Of a DNA stretch of 64,000 nucleotides, positions 13,453 through 26,400 are shown one piece after another. The stretch lies in assembly GCF_037042905.1 (NCBI RefSeq), contig NC_087248.1, positions 16,368,001 through 16,432,000 of the forward strand, given 5' to 3'. The translations under genes and the position numbers were made by a program. Source of the stretch: Lytechinus pictus (Eukaryota). The notes beneath the pieces were generated by a model. It searched no databases. It was not told the origin of the DNA and saw nothing but the letters and a program-made list of their open reading frames with translations. Position 1 is the first letter of the stretch. Every line of letters begins with the position of its first letter.

Positions 13453-14064
13453 AATCAGTCGACAAAACAGACTAACCTGGTCGAAGCTATTTACATTATG
13501 TCCAATGGCGTACCAACGATCTCTTTTGTGTTACTGCTAAATAAAGAACATTCAAGTTTTATTTGCAGCCACTATGGTAATACTATTTTCTCTAAAGTAA
13601 CTGTTACGTCGTTCAACAACCCATTTTGCCAATGGAATCTGCCATCTGAAAGTCATCTCATCTTCCTCACCTTACTGAAGATCCTTGCTTCACCGAGTCC
13701 TGAGAACTGCACCTGACAGAATCAATGATTTTCGTTGAAATCATCTCCTTGGAATAACCTTTGAGGAATTTACTTCAAGATCCCAGAATTTCACCCCGAG
13801 TTGATATTCAAATTGCTCCAACAGTATGCTCAGTGAGTCCTGAGAAAAACTGTTCCTGACTGAATCAACTATTCTAGGTTTTGATCCTCTCCTCCGGATA
13901 TTTGATTTATCAGTTTTCTTCAGTTGCATGATTGTAAAATCCCAGGTCCAGGATTTCATCCTGAGCTGATGATATCCAAATTGCTCCAACAGTGTGCTCA
14001 GCTGAATATGGAGATCCATGCACTGGCTCATAGCTAAATGGTCATCTGAGGTCAATGATTACCA

Positions 14065-16847
14065 TCACCTAGCCATATTGACAGTCTTCTGGAGCTCTCT
14101 GAGAGATTGCCGGCCTTGCGTCAGCAACATCTTAATCACCATCTACATAAAAGAATAATAATTTAGGAGCATTTCATTAAATTTTTCATCTTTAAAAAGA
14201 AATCAGTGATCAAATTTTCCTGAAGCACTAAGAGAATTTACAAATAGAATTTTCATATCAATTACAACCAAATGTTGAATTGGGGAATATGATTAATTGA
14301 AACTACTTTCAAATAAAATTTCTTCCAGGAAGCCTGCAATTCAACACTCCCAATCATCCAAGGCAGTGACAAATTTTGATAAGTTTTTGTTCATTTGTTG
14401 TATTTGACTTGTCAAATTCTTCATTGCATATTGTGCCTTGAAAACTCACAATAACCATAATAAGAACATTTACCTCATCTTTGTGATGTTGATTGCTGCG
14501 GAACTCTTCCTTTGCCCAAGCTTTAACCTCTTTCTTCTGTGCATCATCAGGCATAGCACGTAGAGCTCTGAAAACATCTCGGTAAAGTGAAATCACCTGC
14601 TGACGCAGCATAAACTACAGTCAGAGAAAGTGAAAAGACAATATAAACAAAAATAAAAACGAATCAAAACAAAATGAGACCCGGGCCTGGACTGCATCTC
14701 TGGTCAAATACAATCATTTGGGCTGGAACACGTTACAACCTGCATCAAGTTTGGTAAACTTTATTTTTTCCCCTAAAAGTACAATTCAACGTTAAATGAA
14801 ATGAAAGGAAAGGACATGAATTTAGGGTTTTGAAATTTGAGAAATAAACTAGTCACTTTGATATAAAAAAAAGAGCGATGCACATATGCAGTCTAGGTAT
14901 AGCCCAAGATAAGTTAGAACAACTAGATCGGCAATAATTGCTTACAATATAGTATAGGCCTAGATCTAGTCGTCTAAAAGTAAAACTCTATGATGCTGCA
15001 CTGTTGAAATGTCTGGCACAAGTTCATTGGCCATCAAGAGCAGGATTCGAACCCATGTCATGACTTTTAATTTTATTTAAGATCAAATCTTGGATGAGTG
15101 ATCTTATTCTAGTATAAAATTCACTGGAAAAAGGCCATGATTCATGAAGATGTTAAAGGCAGCAAGGTTTCTTCACATATCTTGCAGAAAGTTTAACCAT
15201 GTTAACAATTAACTAGAGTCTAGTAACAGGAAGAATTTTAAGCTTAGAAAACTAAGCCCAGCTATAGACCCTAGTAACTTAGTTGAGTCCGAGTACTCTT
15301 AGTGTTAGTCAGTATGTTTGTTTTGGTAACCACATCCAGGGTGACCAGACGTCCCGTATTTTCCTCCTTTGTCCCTGCGTCCCGACAAACCCTTCCCAGG
15401 ACGCCTATTTGTCCCGTATTTCAGAATATTGAACAAAGTATAATTAATACATACAAAAGTGAAGAATATTCATCAAATAACCAACAGATGACGAAGTAGA
15501 GATAACAATAAAATTGATAACTGTTAACTTTTGCAAGTTCTAAGGTGATTTTCTGGCTACCTAATACATTGCAAACGAACTGGCCTCCTGCCTGTGTGTG
15601 GCAGGCTACTATAGCTAGGCATGTTGGATCAGAGCAGATTCTCAATGGTGCAAAAAATCTCACACGATAAACGGTTTTTCCACCAAAATAATCACAAAAT
15701 CAGCAGGAAATTTGTATAATTATATTATGGATTCTCAGATTACTGATTTGTTGATGTAAGTTTTCATAACTAGATCTAGTTGTTTCAGTTTTCGTTTTGA
15801 GTCTTGTTGTGATCGGTGCGAACTTGTAATGGGATGAGAGATGCCTGTGTGTGATGCTGTGAAGTTTGACAATGTTTTATTTTGAATTTTATTCAATTTC
15901 TAAAAACATTTTTTTTTTTTTTTTAATATATTCCAAAAACCCAAAATATAGATTTTTGCTAAAATGATTGGATTTTTTTGTCTGCTTGAAGTTTGAACTT
16001 TTTCCTTTCTTTTTTTTCATTTTTCTTTCTTTTCTATCCTTCTTTCTTCATCCTTCTATCCTTCCTGCTTGCCTTTTTTTGTTCCATCTATCTTTATTTC
16101 CAATCTTTCTTTTTCTGATCCTTTCTCTCTCTGTTCATTTGTCTTTCCTTCTTTCTCTTACTTCCTTCTTTTTTAAAGTTCCTTGTTTTTATTTCCTTCA
16201 TTCTTTCTTTCCTTAAGTTCTTAACACTGCTTAAAGTTAAACTTTTCTTTGCTTCTTTCTCCGCCTTCCCCCCTTTTTTCTTTTCGTTCTTTCTCTCCTT
16301 CCATTATTTTCTCTTTGTTCATTTTCTCATCCCTTCATTCTTTCATCCCTCTCTTTAATTCATCCTTTCTTTCTTTCATTCTTTACTCTTCAGTTTTATT
16401 TTTCCCTTCCAATTCTTTTCCCTTATTCTAATTCTTTCTTTCCTCCCCTCCTGATTTCTTCTTTCTTTCAAAGAATGAAGGAAACATCTTTCTTTCCTTC
16501 ATTCTTTAATTCTTTCTTCCTCCTTTTTTTTCTTGCTTTCATTTTTCCTTTCTTTACATGTTTGTTCCAGGTCCTGGAATTGGAATCCAGCCTGATCTCG
16601 ATCTCCAGCGCATGCAGAGAGAAAAACACAACAAAAAACACAGTGGATGGGACTGGGAAAGAGAAATCGGTTAACATTAACACAGTCAGTAGTCAACATT
16701 AAGTAAAGGAAATCCACTGACCATTGTACAATAACAACAATAATGATTCAATGGTCAAATGACGTATTCACATAGTCTCTAATATGGAAGTAGTAACTCT
16801 ACCTGCTTCAAACTCATCGCAGCGGGTGGGATCCTGGAGGCTGCCAT
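14065..16847 (-). CDS. LYRM2: LYR motif-containing protein 2 (mitochondrial), 87 aa, 3 exons
   Basis: Exons 16847-16803 (MAASRIPPAAMSLKQ), 14614-14474 (FMLRQQVISLYRDVFRALRAMPDDAQKKEVKAWAKEEFRSNQHHKDE) and 14142-14065 (MVIKMLLTQGRQSLRELQKTVNMAR*) are all phase 0 with GT-AG ends. The LYR and WA.EEFR motifs and the N-terminus match vertebrate LYRM2 (MAASRLPPA..LKQF). Confidence 0.95.
15990..16560. repeat. Polypyrimidine low-complexity tract in LYRM2 intron 1
   Basis: ~570 bp almost entirely T/C on the + strand. Confidence 0.85.
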
Positions 16848-17596
16848 CTTGAATTGTTATATAATTTTCCCTAGCTGAGAGGGCGCACAACTTCGGTGAC
16901 CCTGGTCGAAGATAATAAGAGCCATCCCCAGCGAATATGATTTTTATTTTCTTTTTTTTTTTATGGGATGGGGGTAAGGGGATTTTAGTAGCGTTATTTG
17001 CCTCTCTGTTTCAATGGCCTGCGCATCTGAGCTCTTATTCTCATTTTCCTCTTCGTCTTAATTTTTTTCCACAGCTATTATTCCATTGTGTTTTCTTCTT
17101 CTGACATCACCCCNNNNNNNNNNNNNNNNNNNNNNNNNNNNNNNNNNNNNNNNNNNNNNNNNNNNNNNNNNNNNNNNNNNNNNNNNNNNNNNNNNNNNNN
17201 NNNNNNNNNNNNNNNNNNNNNNNNNNNNNNNNNNNNNNNNNNNNNNNNNNNNNNNNNNNNNNNNNNNNNNNNNNNNNNNNNNNNNNNNNNNNNCAAACAA
17301 ACAAACATGATGAATGACCCAAGGACTTATTTGTTAATTTGACCCAGCCCAGTTGTCTATGTGGTTACCCCAAAAATATTTTACTGGTGATGAAAACAGC
17401 GCAGCTTATTAGATAAATGACAAAATTAGTAAGCCCCCTATTCTATTCATAAAAGTGACACTTTGTTACTAAACTTATTTCACTGAGTATATATCTCGCA
17501 TTTGTTATATACATAGACTTGTAAAATCTTTGCATTATAAACCCATCTTTTTATCCTAATTCATTCTTTCTGCGGTAAGCTTAAACTACTAAGTAG

Positions 17597-17695
17597 TATC
17601 ATCACCGTCACCACCACCACCATCTTCATCATCATCATCATCATCATCTATCATCACCATCATCATCATCATCATCATCATATCATCAACATCAT
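17597..17695. repeat. (CAT)n microsatellite
   Basis: Direct reading. Similar tracts at 5833-5877 and 35757-35830. Confidence 0.85.
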
Positions 17696-17770
17696 TATAA
17701 ATTATCATTTTATTTCTTGTATTATTGCTGTTCTATATAATTGCCCTTGATCATTTTGTTTCTTGTTTTT

Positions 17771-17815
17771 GTCTCACCTGCATAGCAGAGTGAGACTATA
17801 GGCGCCGCTTTTCCG

Positions 17816-17849
<34 letters not shown>

Positions 17850-18766
17850 CGGCGATGGCGGCGGCAGCGGCGGCGTCAACACCAAATCTTAACCTGAGGT
17901 TAAGTTTTTGAAATGACAGCATAACTTAGAAAGTATATGGACCTAGTTCATGAAACTTGGCCATAAGGTTAATCAAGTATTACTGAACATCCTGCCTGAG
18001 TTTCATGTCACATGACCAAGGTCAAAGGTCATTTAGGGTCAATGAACTTAGACCATGTTGGGGGAATCAACATCAAAATCTTAACCTAAGGTTAAGTTTT
18101 AGAAATGTCATCATAACTTTGAAAATATATGGACCTAGTTCATGAAACTTATACATAAGGTTAATCAAGTATCACTGAACATCCTGCATGAGTTTCACAT
18201 CACATGACCAAGGTCAAAGGTCATTTAGGGTCAATGAACTTTGGCCGAATTGGGGGTATCTGTTGAATTACCATCATAACTTTGAAAGTTTATGGATCTG
18301 ATTCATGAAACTTGGACATAATAGTAATCAAGTATTACTGAACATCCTGTGCAAGTTTCAGGTCACATGATCAAGGTCAAAGGTCATTTAGGGTCAATGA
18401 ACTTTGGCCAAATTGGGGTATTTGTTGAATTACAGCCATAAATTTGAAAGTGTGTTGGTCTAGTTCATAAAACTTGGACATAATAGTAATCAAGTATCAC
18501 TGAACATCCTGTGCGAGTTTCAGGTCACATGATCAAGGTCAAAGGTCATGTAAGGTCAAAGAACTTTGGCCACGTTGGGAGTATTTGTTGAATTGCCATC
18601 ATATCTCTATAAGTGTATTGGTCTAGTTCATAAAACGTGGAAATAATTAAGAGTAACCAAGTATCACTGAACATCTTGTGCGAGTTATAGTAGTTTTCAA
18701 AATCAGCACTGCTGCTATATTGAATCGCGTGATGCAGGTGAGACGGCCAGAGGCATTCCACTTGTT
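17771..18766 (+). mobile_element. Helentron-like non-autonomous element (HINE/pearl/Tsp-type) with internal ~160-190-bp tandem repeats
   Basis: 5' GTCTCACCTGCAT (17771) and subterminal inverted ATGCAGGTGAGAC (18732-18744), then a short GCCAGAGGC hairpin and a TT end. It carries a (GGC)n microsatellite at 17818-17874 and ~4.5 core repeats with GGTCAAAGGTCA at ~18020, 18212, 18375 and 18537. Flanks are T-rich. Confidence 0.7.
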
Positions 18767-18955
18767 GTTCTTATTCCCATCCTCGTTCTAGCCTTCATTT
18801 AAACTCCTCTAACTTTATTATATTGTTCTACCTACTTATTGTCATTTTGGCTTATTTCGTTCCTTTTCATTCCTTTCATTCGACAAAAAATATACATATA
18901 TAGTAAAAGCTCAACACAATTTGTATCTTTGCTCTACGTAATTTATTAATCTATA

Positions 18956-19133
18956 CACTGTAAGAACGTTGTTTAAAATATTTTAAGCACGTTGTAGAAT
19001 TTTAAGCTTTTAAAACTTTTAACTTTTTAAACAACTGTCAAAACTTTTTAAACAAGTTTTTTTTAAAGTGTAAAGTTTAAACAACTTGTTGTTAGAGTGA
19101 CAGGCTTAAACAATGTGCTATTTTTTTACTGTG
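18956..19133. mobile_element. CACT-terminal MITE with TTTAAAC(A) internal motifs
   Basis: TA|CACTGTAAGAA ... TTTTTACTGTG|TA. Its right part is the reverse complement of 54656-54720. Confidence 0.7.
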
Positions 19134-20462
19134 TATAGCAGCATACAACCAACATGACGAAACAGCTGAAATTCACAATGGTGTGTCATTGTTAACCAAT
19201 GCATGAAATAGTTATTTGACGCCATAATAATGATGACATTTCACAATGATCCCCCACCCGGCGTTTATGATTTGCAAATTAAACATTCATGTGTTAAATT
19301 TACTCATTTAAACCATTGTTGAAAACACCTTTGTGAATTCGGGTATATGTATATTGAATACGAACATACTAATATCTGTTCTTTTCAATATGGTATTTGA
19401 TTTAACCAACACACTATACGTACAATTACATGAAAGGAAAAATTGAAACAAACAAAAACGAACGAATTAATATGTAAAAATAATTATGAAAAAGTTCGTA
19501 CTTCTCAACTTAATTTTTAGCTGGTAAAGACAATTTGCTAGCTTACGGGAGATTTTACAGAAAGTCAAAGAATAAAAGTGTTTCTGAAATATAATGATTA
19601 TGGCGTAAGGAAGAAGTCCCTCGAACACGTAAAAAGGCTTATGATGAGGGAACTAGACGTACATTATAACTCAGGAACAATGTATTCGACTAGAATAGTA
19701 CTGGGTCGAGTAACAATTGTGTGTATATATTTTTGTCTCATTTGCGAATACGAGGAAAAAAGTTTGCTTAATCGTTACGAGTGAGGGGGGAGGGGGGTGG
19801 TCATTCTCCGGCCTTATCATCTCTATAGTCAGGAATTCCCGACATATTGGAAGTCACTGAATCTAAATGACTAAACAATTGGGAGGAGGTACACAGGAAG
19901 TATGGCATTATGCTGACAACCAACTGAGTTTGAAATACAGAAAATGATACAGTATAGTCTGAAATTACCAAAAATGAATACTCCTAAAATATTTCCAACT
20001 GATTGTACATTGCATATATTGTTCAAGAATAAATATGACTTATTATATGTACATCTTAACCATTGTATTAATTACCTTACGTTAGAATATACATAATCAC
20101 ATTTAAACCCTCAATCTTGATCTCTTTATCTGGTGACACGTCCGGGATTTATTTCGTCTAAGATATAGGGTTAGGGTTGAAATAGGGATATATGTTATAT
20201 TTAGGACACGGTTCAAGATAGAAAAAAACCCAGGGTTGAAGTTGGTTATTCGATTAGTGTGTGGAATTTACAGCGGAGAAATTGTCGCCCGAGCAAATGT
20301 CATGGAATCCCTTTATCTCGCATGAAACCTGCAGTGCAGTTTCGGCGGGTCGCCTCGATGTAAAATGCACATTTCCCATAACTTCACTATACTTATCTTC
20401 TTTCATACATAAAAAAAACCCAGTATATTTATGAAAAACAAAATGAAAAAAGCTTATGTAGA

Positions 20463-23400
20463 TTATTTGGAAGGGTCTCGTGTCATGTCGTCCTCATGTT
20501 TCAGCTTTTTACGGCTTATGAGTGCATCGATCTTCCTCTCCATTCGATCGAAACGATCGCGAATACTTCGGATCTCATCGTCTCTCTTCGGGTATTCGCT
20601 GGCCGTTCGGCTGTTCGTCGTCATCATCTTTCCATCAATAGATTCCAGTCGCTGCTTCATGTGAATGTACAAGTCATCATTGGTAAGGCGCTCCTTGAAG
20701 TAACCTCCCTAAATATGAGGATTAAAACAGTAGTTAACTTACACAACTCGCCTTCCATACATGAACTTAGTTTTGAGGAATCGAGGAGTCAATATTCGTC
20801 ACAATCGCCCTCTTCGTAGTCATCATTATCATCATCATCGCCTCCACAATCAATATTATCATACGACCGTTATCAGGAGCGCTTCCAGGGGAGGGGTAAA
20901 AAAGACTGCATGCCTCCTTTTGGAAGGCCTTTTCGAAAGGCATAATATTGTTCGTCCTTGTCCGAACGTTTTTTTTTTCGACGGGAAAGTGGCCTAAAGA
21001 GTAGTGAGCTTTGGCAATATCACCCCCTTTATTATGGTAGATCCAAGATCCATTCCTGGGGTGCGTTTCATAAATGGACTTGTCTGAAGTTTTATTCGAC
21101 AGTTACCATAGGAACTGCACTCTTCAGCCAATCAAAATCAAAGAAAGTTGTCAGATCTGACAACTTGTCGGACATAAACGTTGATGAAACGCTCCCCTGA
21201 AATTAACAAGCACCATCACCACAAGCACCACCTCAACCATTAACAAAAATAGTAAAAAAAAATGGTAAAGCGCTCCATGTGTAATTATCTCGATTATTCC
21301 CATTGTTATCAACATTAATCATTATTTTGCTTTTTTATGTCATAATTCCAACCTTCCCCCATAACTGCCTCACCTCTGCAGCAGTCCTCTCGGAGACCAA
21401 GATCGCGTCTTTGACTACCCTCCTGTCCCCCGTCATCACTCTGCACCCACGCCTCACCCTCGGGCAGCATCCGTTGTTAGGGTAATACCGCTTCTTGGAT
21501 CGCATCACCCGCCTCCAGATACAGACCGGAAGATACTGCTGGACCTCCATGATAGTCTCCACCTGATTCATTATGAAAATAAAGGGAATGTTTAAAATAG
21601 TTCACTGCAGTCAAACAATGCGTGATGAATACGAAATTAGGGTATTTCCCTTCAAACTTTATTATCCATTAATCGAGTGACTGATCTAGGGAGGGAGAGG
21701 GGCATATTGGAAAAGTGGCCCGGCTGAAACCAGACAAATTATTTATTTATTTGTTTATTTATTTATTTATTTATCTATTTATTTATTTATCTATTTATCT
21801 ATTCATTTATTCATTCATTTATTTAATTATTCATTTATTTATCCGTTTATTCATTTATCCTTTTTTTTGGTGGGGCACTTGTTATAAAAGAAACGACAGG
21901 AAAATGCACCATGAAAGTGTTTTTGGGGGAGTGGGGGCGGGGGATTTCGATTGTTAAAGTTTTCTTTATAAATCATGCCCCTGCATTGTGAATCCTGGAT
22001 CCACCACTAAAACCAATCACCTTAATTCCTTATCAGGAAACGTCAAAAGAATCGAATTCAAGTGACAAGATGAATATATCGATAATAATTATAGTACATA
22101 CGAAATAAAAATCTATGATTAATATTTGACCTACTCGCATGGCAAGACGATGGTACTTGGCCTTCCGTCTGATCTCGTGTACGTCATAGACAGCTAAACC
22201 AATCTGTACGAGACAATGATAACAAAAGCTTATCAGAATCATTCAAATTAATCAGAAGTCGATATTAATTATATTTTCCATGAAAAACACCAAAAAGTAG
22301 GAATAATAACAATAATAATAAATGAGGCTGTACAACCATCAATGATTTGTCATGATAATTCAAATATAATACCAATGTTTTTTAAATATTGCTTCAAACA
22401 CGTTGACAAGATATACTTAGAACAGATGTATTGTATTCACTTAAAAAGGGGGAAAAATAGAGAAATGCTGAACATATTCCGGGTACAACAGTAATTAAAG
22501 TATATTAATGGTGTAATCAGGGGCAAAATGAGGTGCGGACATGGATGCGATGTATTTTCGAAAGGGTGATGGCAAGAGTTTAATCGACCACAAGTATTAC
22601 AATGAAATCGATAATGACGCTGAATATTCGGGGGGGGGGAGGGTGCGAACTTGCGGTGGTCTTCAGACCCCCTAAAAAGGGCGATGCACTGATAATATAT
22701 TTCACTATACATGTTTTTAGAATCGCCAAAGATTCAAGCATATAAAAGGCAACATACCAAAAGATTGACGACGACGATCGACATCACTGCAACAAAGACA
22801 GCAAACATGACGTAAGTGATGGCCTTGTAGAAGACGGATGTCAGGAAGAAGTCATCTTCGTCAACATCCAGAGTATTCTCCGTTCCTAGGTAGTTCTGTC
22901 TGTGGAAGATCCCAACGAAGTCAAAGTCACCTAACATCATGGCCATGGTCTTCACTAGGGATTGCTCAATGCGGTTGAATTGAGGCTGTATAGGGGAGGA
23001 GTGTAAGAGTAAGATATGTCAGAAATATGCATTCTCTGAAAACAATGATGACAATAACAATAACATGAAACATTTATATAGCGCCTAATACAATGTTTAC
23101 AATCGCTGCAAGCTATTGCTCTGGCGGCTTTATTAAGGTTACCAATGTTTGGTTCGAGCTCGAGCATTCAATGAATTTCTTCCCCCGGCACACATGTACT
23201 ACACCTTGATCATGTTGATCGCGAAAATGGTAAATGTAGATAAAAGCCGAGTGCCCCGGTGTGATTTGAACCCCGGGCCATGTGGTTCCAAGTCCGAAGA
23301 CTCATTTGTATCAACCTTTGAGAGCCATTTCTTTCGAAAATTCTACCCATCTTTAGGGTTTTTACGAAAAGATTATATTGGCGACAATATTGAAAAGATA

Positions 23401-26400
23401 TTGGTTTGATCCACGTTTCTGTATTTTTCACTGTCATTACAAAAATAACAACGTAAACCCTTACTGATTTGGCCTATGTGAATTCATTTGACTACATCTT
23501 TGAAAAGAATATGATAGTACATTGTTTAAAAGAACACATGGTAACTTCCTGTTCTTTCAGTCGAAAACGTTAACATTCTTAATTTAAAAGTATGACCTCG
23601 TTGTGTAAGTGTGTTTATCAATCTATTTTATGTTTTAATATGAATGAATTCAATAAAACTGAATGTCTTATTACCTGATTAAGGAGCAACATGTAGAAAG
23701 CAAGGGCAAAGGCCATCAGAAAACAGAACAAAACCAAGATGAATTTTAAGAAGCTTCGAAGAATATCTGTTGGATCGAAAAGTCAGAAAAGGAAGGAAAA
23801 GGTTGAGAGAAACAATTTAACATTATTTTGAGAATGTGCCCTGCGGTTGCAAAGTATACATATGCAGTGAAATCATGACTAATATCACATTTTCAGCAGC
23901 AACTACATATACAATAAGTGCTGTTGATGGTTATCTTATAGGTTCCTTAGTCACCTAAAGTACACATATATCCTGATGACGATTGTAATTCAAGGTTACC
24001 ATGGTAACTAAACTTACCCATGAACATGAGGACATAAAGACCAATGAATGAGAATCGTCTGAGGAACATAATGAAGTTGATCCATGCAAGGCATACTGCT
24101 ACTGAACCACACTGCCACTGCCATCCCTGTGTCAACATGTCAATGGAGATAGATTTTATTCAGAAACTGGGAATCCATAAGTTTAAAAAGCTATCATTTA
24201 TACAGTACCGAAATGTGACGTCAGTTGCCATGGTGTCATGGCGGGCTGGTTCTAAACAGAGTCGCACCTGACGATCGTCTGTACACATTTGTATGACTTT
24301 GGCTCGTCTGAAAAATAGGTTGCAAGCGTTCAAATTCCGATAGCAGCCATTTTCTCCGATGATATGTATGAGAAACACACGCTTATATTCGGCGGGTTCA
24401 TTTGTTTAGAACCAGGCCGCCATGACACCATGGCAACTGACGTCATCACTTTGGTACTCTAGTTACCAAAATAAAGAAGAACATTTAATCCCAAGCAATT
24501 AAAAGCTCATGCTTCCATTCTGGACGCTTTGCTGCGTAAACGAACCCCCTGCGTTTAGAATAATCATTCGATTTTCCCCAAAATTACACCAGGGCCCGCT
24601 GCATAATAGTTACCATTATGATAAACTTTGCCATTTAATGGTAACTTGAGAGGAATCCTTGATTTTGATTGGTTGGTGATCAGCGTTACCATGGTAGCTA
24701 CCATTGGATGGCAAAGTTACCATAACAGTAACGTTTATGCAACGGGACCCAGATACAGGTCGATTCCTGTCTAATGAAACATTGGGAGCGAAGAAATAGC
24801 AGTATGCAATCACAATTTCTTTACCATCTGAAAAATATGCGAATGATGCATTACAATTTACGTATAAGCTCATGGAAACAGGCAGTATCGAACAGTTTCC
24901 CACTTACACATAAAAAGCACGTTATTTGTGAGTTTTCATTCTCCAAATTTGATATTTTCTTAACCATGCTTGGGTATTGCCGAAGACTTCAGTTTTATAG
25001 TATCATTGGGAGGGATCCGATAGCAGCCATTTTCTCCGATGATATGTATGAGAAACACACGCTTATATTCGGCGGGTTCATTTGTTTAGAACCAGGCCGC
25101 CATGAAACCATGGTAACTGACGTCATCACTTCGGTACTCTAGTTATCAAAATAAAGAAGAACACTTAATCCCAAGCAATTAAAAGCTCATACTTCCATTC
25201 TGAACGCTTTGCTGCGTAAACGAACCCCCTGCGTTTAGAATAATCATTCGATTTTCCCCAAAATTACACCAGGGCCCCGCTGCATAAAAGTTACCATTTT
25301 GATCAACTTTGCCATCTAATGGTAACTTGAAAGGAATCCTTGATTTTGATTGGTTGGTGATCAGCGTTACCATGGTAGCTACCAATGGATGGCAAAGTTA
25401 CCATAACAGTAACTTTTATGCAACGGGACCCAGATACAGGTCGATTCCTGTCTAATGAATCATTGGGAGCGAAGAACTAGCAGTATGCAATTACGTAGTG
25501 GGGCTTCAACACAGACTTGCTGCAAAATACAATTTCTTTACCATCTGAAAAATATGCGAATGATATATTACAATTTACGTATAAGCCCATGAAAACACAT
25601 AAAAACAGGAAGTATCGAACAGATTCCCTTTTGCCGAAGACTTCAGTTTTATAGTATCATTGGGAGGGATCTTACCATACGCAGTGAGATACTTGGTTGA
25701 TATTCACTCTGTCCAGCGAAAGGTATGACGAATAGAATAGCCAAGATATACACGGACCATTCAACAAGCTTCCGGAATCGGAAATAGGACAGTCTCTGGA
25801 TCACCAGAAGAATAAGCTACAGAGAGGATTAAAATGAAATGGATTTATAATTGTTATCATCATGGTAATATTTTCCTGTAATAATAATCGATTGATACTT
25901 ACAGAGAAATGAGATGGAACTCATAGCGCGACATATTAAGATAAAGTAGCTATGAACAAAATCATCATAATGGAAAGCTGCAAAAGCTGCTTCCGGGACC
26001 CCAAAATATTCACACCTAGCGATTGCAAAGTACGATTTCATATCTGTTAGAGAGCAAATGTTTTGATATTAATACCCTGTAATGGTGATATGAATGGGCA
26101 ACTTAGTGTGAGCGGTGCGGAGAGATAGGTTCGTAAATACATAATAACATCACATTTTCTTGTTGATTCTTTACCTCACACAGGAGATGTAATACTACCA
26201 AGACCAGTATGACCCAGTGACCACTGACCGCAAAAACAACCAGAGTGTCCTGCGGAATACCGTCGATCCAGCGCTGCTCGCCGTCACCGAACCACTCGAG
26301 ATCCGTCCCGTTGGCAACGTCGGCATAGTACTGCGGTGCAACCGCCGTCACGTAACCAGTTAGCATCACCAGGAAGATGAAGTAGATGATGAGTGACGGC

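Noticed and set aside
13741-14055. 104-aa ORF just downstream of the LYRM2 stop (possible readthrough or second cistron)
   Set aside because: It has a non-ATG (TTG) start, is in a different frame from LYRM2 and has no recognisable domain. The internal repeat reflects a DNA duplication.
15968-16717. F/L/S-rich and K/E-rich short ORFs
   Set aside because: These are translations of a polypyrimidine tract in LYRM2 intron 1.
17058-17342. ORFs spanning N runs (also 34008-34670 and 40516-40811)
   Set aside because: Assembly-gap artefacts.
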